Of a stretch of 64,000 bases of DNA, positions 56,869 to 64,000 are shown in pieces. This DNA comes from Eledone cirrhosa (lineage: Eukaryota). A model generated the notes under the pieces. It was given only the letters and a program-made list of their open reading frames with translations. It made no database searches and had not been told where the DNA came from. Position 1 is the stretch's first letter, and each line of letters opens with the position of its first letter. A program made the translations under genes and the position numbers. The stretch lies in the NCBI GenBank assembly GCA_964016885.1, contig CAXHJY010000949.1, positions 71,001-135,000 on the forward strand, written 5' to 3'.

Positions 56869-59205
56869 TAACTTTGAATAACTTTGAAATGTTTTGGCCA
56901 ATATTGGCCCAGGCCATGTCTAACTTAATAGCACCACCTGGCGAAGTCTTTCAATTCAGGATTTGGGCACCATGGCCCATTCGAGAAGGGAATTACTGTT
57001 TGCGGAGACATATCCGGGTGTGGGTGGTTTGTCCGGGATTACCTGGAGGAATTTGTCCAAAGACTTCTTGAATTTTGTGTGGTCAGTTTCTGTTTTGACA
57101 TGTCCTGGTGTGATGTTGAAGAGAGCAGGGCCAATTGAGGTGAAATAATTGTGCCGTATTGTTGTTATGAGTTGCGATTTAGATTTTTGTTTGGGACGGA
57201 TAACACGGGGCCCAAGCCTTGGGTGTATTTTGAAGGTGATGCCAACATCATTTGGGCAGTGCTGATGAAACATTTTCCACATCATGCAGATAATATAACG
57301 CTCACGGCGACATTGGAGTGAGTAAAGTTTCAGCTTTTCTAGTCGACCCCAGTAGTCAAGGTCTGACATGCCATCTATCTTTTTCGTGATTGCCCTTTGG
57401 GGAGCTTCAAGTTTCATGATACTTTGTTTCGTGTGGGGAGACCACAGTGGACAGTATTCAAGGTGTGGTCGGGCAAAAGTGGAGAAGAGAAGGATAATGG
57501 TGTGGGAATCTCTCGACTGGAACACATTCTGCGGGCCATGTCAACTTTGCTGCTTATATGCGTAGCCCAGATTATGTTGCTGTCCACAGTTACTCCCAAG
57601 TCTCTGATGTTGTTAGATGCCACGAGAGTTTCACCGGAGGGAAGGGAGTTTCAGAGCATCCTCTTTTCCAAAGTGGATCAGTTCGAATTTGTCTTCGTTC
57701 AGTAACATGTTGTTCTTTTCTGCCCATTGGGTAACAGCCAGTAGGTCTGACTGAAGGCTTATCCGGCCATCCACGCCATTGATGACCTTTTGGAGCTTGG
57801 AATCATCAGCGAAAATTCTAATGTTGCTGTGTTTGATGATGTCAGTGATGTCATTAATATAGATGATGAAGAGAAGTGGGCCCAACACAGTGCCTTGTGG
57901 GACCCCACTACTGACTTTGGCTGGGCTGGATTTGACTCCTTCGACTACATGTTGGGTTCTGTTTGACAGGAAGCTCTTGATCCACTGCAGCAGCTTTCCA
58001 GTGACACCAATATTGGACAGCTTTCTCAGTAGAATGTTGTGATCAACCCTGTCAAAGGCCTTGCTGAAATCAAGGTAGATAACATCAGTGTTGGAACCCT
58101 CTCCCAAGGCTCTCAAAATGTCATCAAAGTGATGCAGTAGCTGCATCAGGCAATCCCTTCCATTACGGAATCCATGCTGGTTGGAGTTCAGCATATTGTT
58201 ACTCTCAAGGAAGTGAGTCATTCGCGATCTCACAACTCTCTCAAATACCTTAATGATATGAGAGGTGAGTGAGATTGGACAGTAATTCACGGCAAGGGAT
58301 TTGTTTCCTTTTTTGAAAACTGGGACAACAGACTGGGATAGAAGGTTTTCTGGCACGTATCCAGTGAGTTCCGCCACAGATTGGCAAGAAGAGATGCAAG
58401 TTGGTGTTGACACGCCTTCAAGACACAAGCAGGGAACCTATCGGGACCTACTGCTGAATTATGCTTGATTTCCTTTATGGCCGCTAAGACATCAGGGGCG
58501 CCAAACGTTATGTCCGATAAGGTGTAATGGGGAGTAACATCGCCAATACAGCCCAGATCGGCCATACCAGGATTGCTGAAAACAGAGCAGTATTGTTTCT
58601 GCAGTATCTCACCCATGGTTTTAGCATTGTCTTGAAGAGTGCCATTTTCATCAATTAGAGGGCCAACAGTGAAGCCAGTGATTTTATATTTTTTTGCAAA
58701 TGAAAAGAACACTTTGGGATTGAGTTTGATCTTCTCAATGGCCCAGGTCTCTTCAGCTCTTCTCTGATTGTTGATGATAGACATCATATTGTTTTGGAGG
58801 TTATGTTTTTTAATCTCTAGTGATGAAATGGCAGTCAAGTTGGTATGTTGCTGCTGACAGTATTTCAGCTTGTTGATTTTTTTGTTAGTTCTCTTAATTT
58901 TCCTGATGAGCGTTTTTCTATTTCTAGGGATTCTGCTCTTAGATTTGTTTCTAGTTCTTAATGCGGTGTGTTTTGCACATATGTTTGTAACAGTGTCCAC
59001 AAATGTCTGCCAGGACTTTTTGATGCTAGTGGGTGTGTGAGTGTGCGCGAAAGACCAGTCGACATGTACAAGATCATGACTGATCGCTTCCCAGTTTGCA
59101 TTGTGGAAATCCATAACGTCAAACGGATGGACAGGAGAGATGACATTGGGTTTGTATATTGGACGGTGGAATCTCAGATCACAGAGAACCATGTCATGAT
59201 CAGAG
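56869..59205 (-). mobile_element. 5'-truncated, frameshifted CR1-group LINE (linker, RT, C-terminus, short tail)
   Basis: QHGFR, YLDFSKAFD, GVPQGTVLGPLLF, FADD, RPHLEYC; tail repeat TTCAAAGTTA. Confidence 0.9.
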
Positions 59206-59211
59206 AGTAGA

Positions 59212-64000
<4,789 letters not shown>

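Overview
AT-rich, repeat-dominated eukaryotic (animal) DNA. The SINE/LINE content and the very large (TA)n and (CAC/CAA)n tracts suggest a cephalopod such as Octopus; this is an inference. No host protein-coding gene, rRNA, tRNA or CRISPR array can be supported, and almost all long ORFs in the track are microsatellite or minisatellite artefacts. Real coding remnants all come from retroelements: several RTE-clade LINE copies (one near full length, with a PHD finger inside the RT), a second RTE-like RT family, CR1-like LINEs and Penelope-like GIY-YIG endonuclease fragments. There are also two tRNA-derived SINE types, TTAA-flanked piggyBac-type MITEs and several minisatellites, two of them built from LINE sequence. 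The most notable signal is a set of at least six unrelated short (100-460 bp) non-coding elements, mostly embedded in (TA)n tracts. They fold back as near-perfect palindromes and carry minimal type I hammerhead-ribozyme (HHR) motifs, including a U3-A8 core variant. Two families recur with the same ends and fold-back centre, which suggests that the palindromic HHR unit itself is mobilised, probably as a Penelope pLTR derivative.
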